From positions 150,527 to 214,526 of the IMG/VR virus record IMGVR_UViG_3300024308_000188: a stretch of DNA of 64,000 nt, one strand, 5' to 3'. Shown piece after piece: positions 63,901 through 64,000 of the stretch. Positions within the stretch are counted from its first letter, which is position 1; each line of letters opens with the position of its first letter. Under the pieces are notes generated by a model. The model was not told the origin of the DNA. It ran no database searches and saw only the letters and a list, made by a program, of their open reading frames with translations. The translations under genes were made by a program, and so were the position numbers.

Positions 63901-64000
63901 AGATTACTTGTAACACCTTCTGGATCGTAATATTCAAGAGCATAGTTTAATGCAGGTCTTTTAAGTGCAAAACCGCGAGGACTTCCTATCGCACGTTCTA
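60996..64000 (-). CDS. Large modular fibre-like protein, 5'-truncated; three beta-sandwich modules plus split Calx-beta
   Basis: Frame is open to the window edge (ERAIGSPRG...NYLWATT); STQDGTAKS..SDY [insert] PDYVAKSEIVTIPTG. Confidence 0.85.
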   Translation of the reverse strand, partial: ERAIGSPRGFALKRPALNYALEYYDPEGVTSNLGRGNYANPNYLWATTFSGGAQITETIYDLGQVAGWYEVIFASYDDVGISVDVYYLGQRIATTCGRIKDRYKIEFFFDALAGEGESRVMIRVRGQESTRWTYMVTGPKQMLSVYDLDLEDPLHQVLIRTDEYSGTPLFPAPCHATVFPRDYKTNDGKWFYEFHHYVGENADPNELALMVIDYTSWMNLDKFEVYHGGLRIGSTMDPKSLLGMIQFLWEPNRFSIPVPDLMIRVSADVRQYGEDIMSWYYTLFCQNTPGYRENPWDCETPVAGLSSMGHGSTEDNYDMDNGVENGVVSIKATGYGDFTYTVTVFDIDGKLVAYTEGKRTTFTQFFIKAAEHGDTRKRIAVRIDAPIGSSWTYFVGCPVELLDIELDDKTIPVCNDEFEITVNDVQCVKSDFATFTVTSSLPVPNDVHVSVSTQDGTAKSSGGAGSDYAGLPDIYGIFQDNDSPTETANFDSKTLRFGVQNWPNASVVFDNGWGNLANPEHKNAAATNDPSHIMGRNTNYWQNLETSSFANLSPDAKLVVNAWKHRLGNLNGKSWIILTDSADPAGDFSEICSNFIQSMINIYGMNVHVVRDDYTTQNFTPYDIITIANSRRWGEVGQFSAAGVHYMARVLQGYKSPVGIAIADQVKQNRVLHCYFRATNQRLAQNILIRDVMNCFVGVKFYWNEQLTKNPTNADVTLGRHLAQYPDTPLLTGISEAKADSDFTVLDVLYIPAPTTVDPDYVAKSEIVTIPTGATSAQVKVTTLDPKASPIGKNFYLNLTGTDSGTIVDAQGIATFANSNTSPTPVGDLNFAPSYFTSHSKNTWDNSGVRVYGSAVAFAIDYSGFPTQTNPGGIEQPGKIAVVEANGGMGTQAQLNKYYTAGDYPYDPALTYVYKWEYSVKFNDGNRKLTVPSIATTYDVMNRITSFAVNQSNEEHSGSGYSLVVEAILWIKASNGVEMKSNLVTINIVSDPIFAGGNIP

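Noticed and set aside
36430-64000. Diversity-generating retroelement acting on fibre genes
   Set aside because: No reverse transcriptase and no template/variable repeat pair differing at adenines seen; paralogues differ at all positions.
1-64000. Stop-codon reassignment (alternative genetic code)
   Set aside because: Conserved genes are full length in the standard code with dense packing; TAA, TGA and TAG all act as stops.
1-64000. tRNA, rRNA, integrase/att sites or multisubunit phage RNA polymerase
   Set aside because: Intergenic gaps are short and no cloverleaf or T-loop, rRNA signature, recombinase motif or DxDGD polymerase context was recognised. The DKDGDG at ~32408 is in the M15A peptidase.

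Overview
AT-rich fragment of a large tailed (jumbo, myovirus-like) phage genome, probably infecting a Gram-negative host. This rests on lipoprotein/spanin-like genes and proteobacterial-style codon usage. The gene set recalls, from memory and unverified, the PaBG/Lu11/RSL1/Y3-like 'hairy' jumbo phages. The + strand arm (1-36.4 kb) carries, in order: very acidic and Lys/Ala-rich low-complexity proteins; type II topoisomerase B and A subunits (A lacks the C-terminal pinwheel); an HNH-like protein; a sigma70-family factor; DnaB helicase; terminase large subunit with an intein in its Walker A; portal; a 5'-3' exonuclease; an M15A peptidase; and many small accessory genes. The - strand arm (36.5-64 kb) carries a lysis-like membrane cassette, about 11 paralogous virion proteins, fibre and collagen proteins, a membrane/periplasmic cassette and two very large modular fibre proteins. 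Best leads: (1) two stand-alone, nuclease-less paralogues of the phage's own terminase ATPase, possibly decoys or regulators; (2) adjacent polyanion and polycation disordered proteins with shared HeH-like modules beside the topoisomerase; (3) a phage sigma factor plus a recurrent CTGTAAAT(A) upstream motif; (4) Calx-beta domains split by a homologous inserted domain, and a C-terminal non-intein Hint domain on a fibre. No tRNA, rRNA, CRISPR array, integrase or reverse transcriptase was recognised. All family assignments are motif recognition by eye, not database searches.
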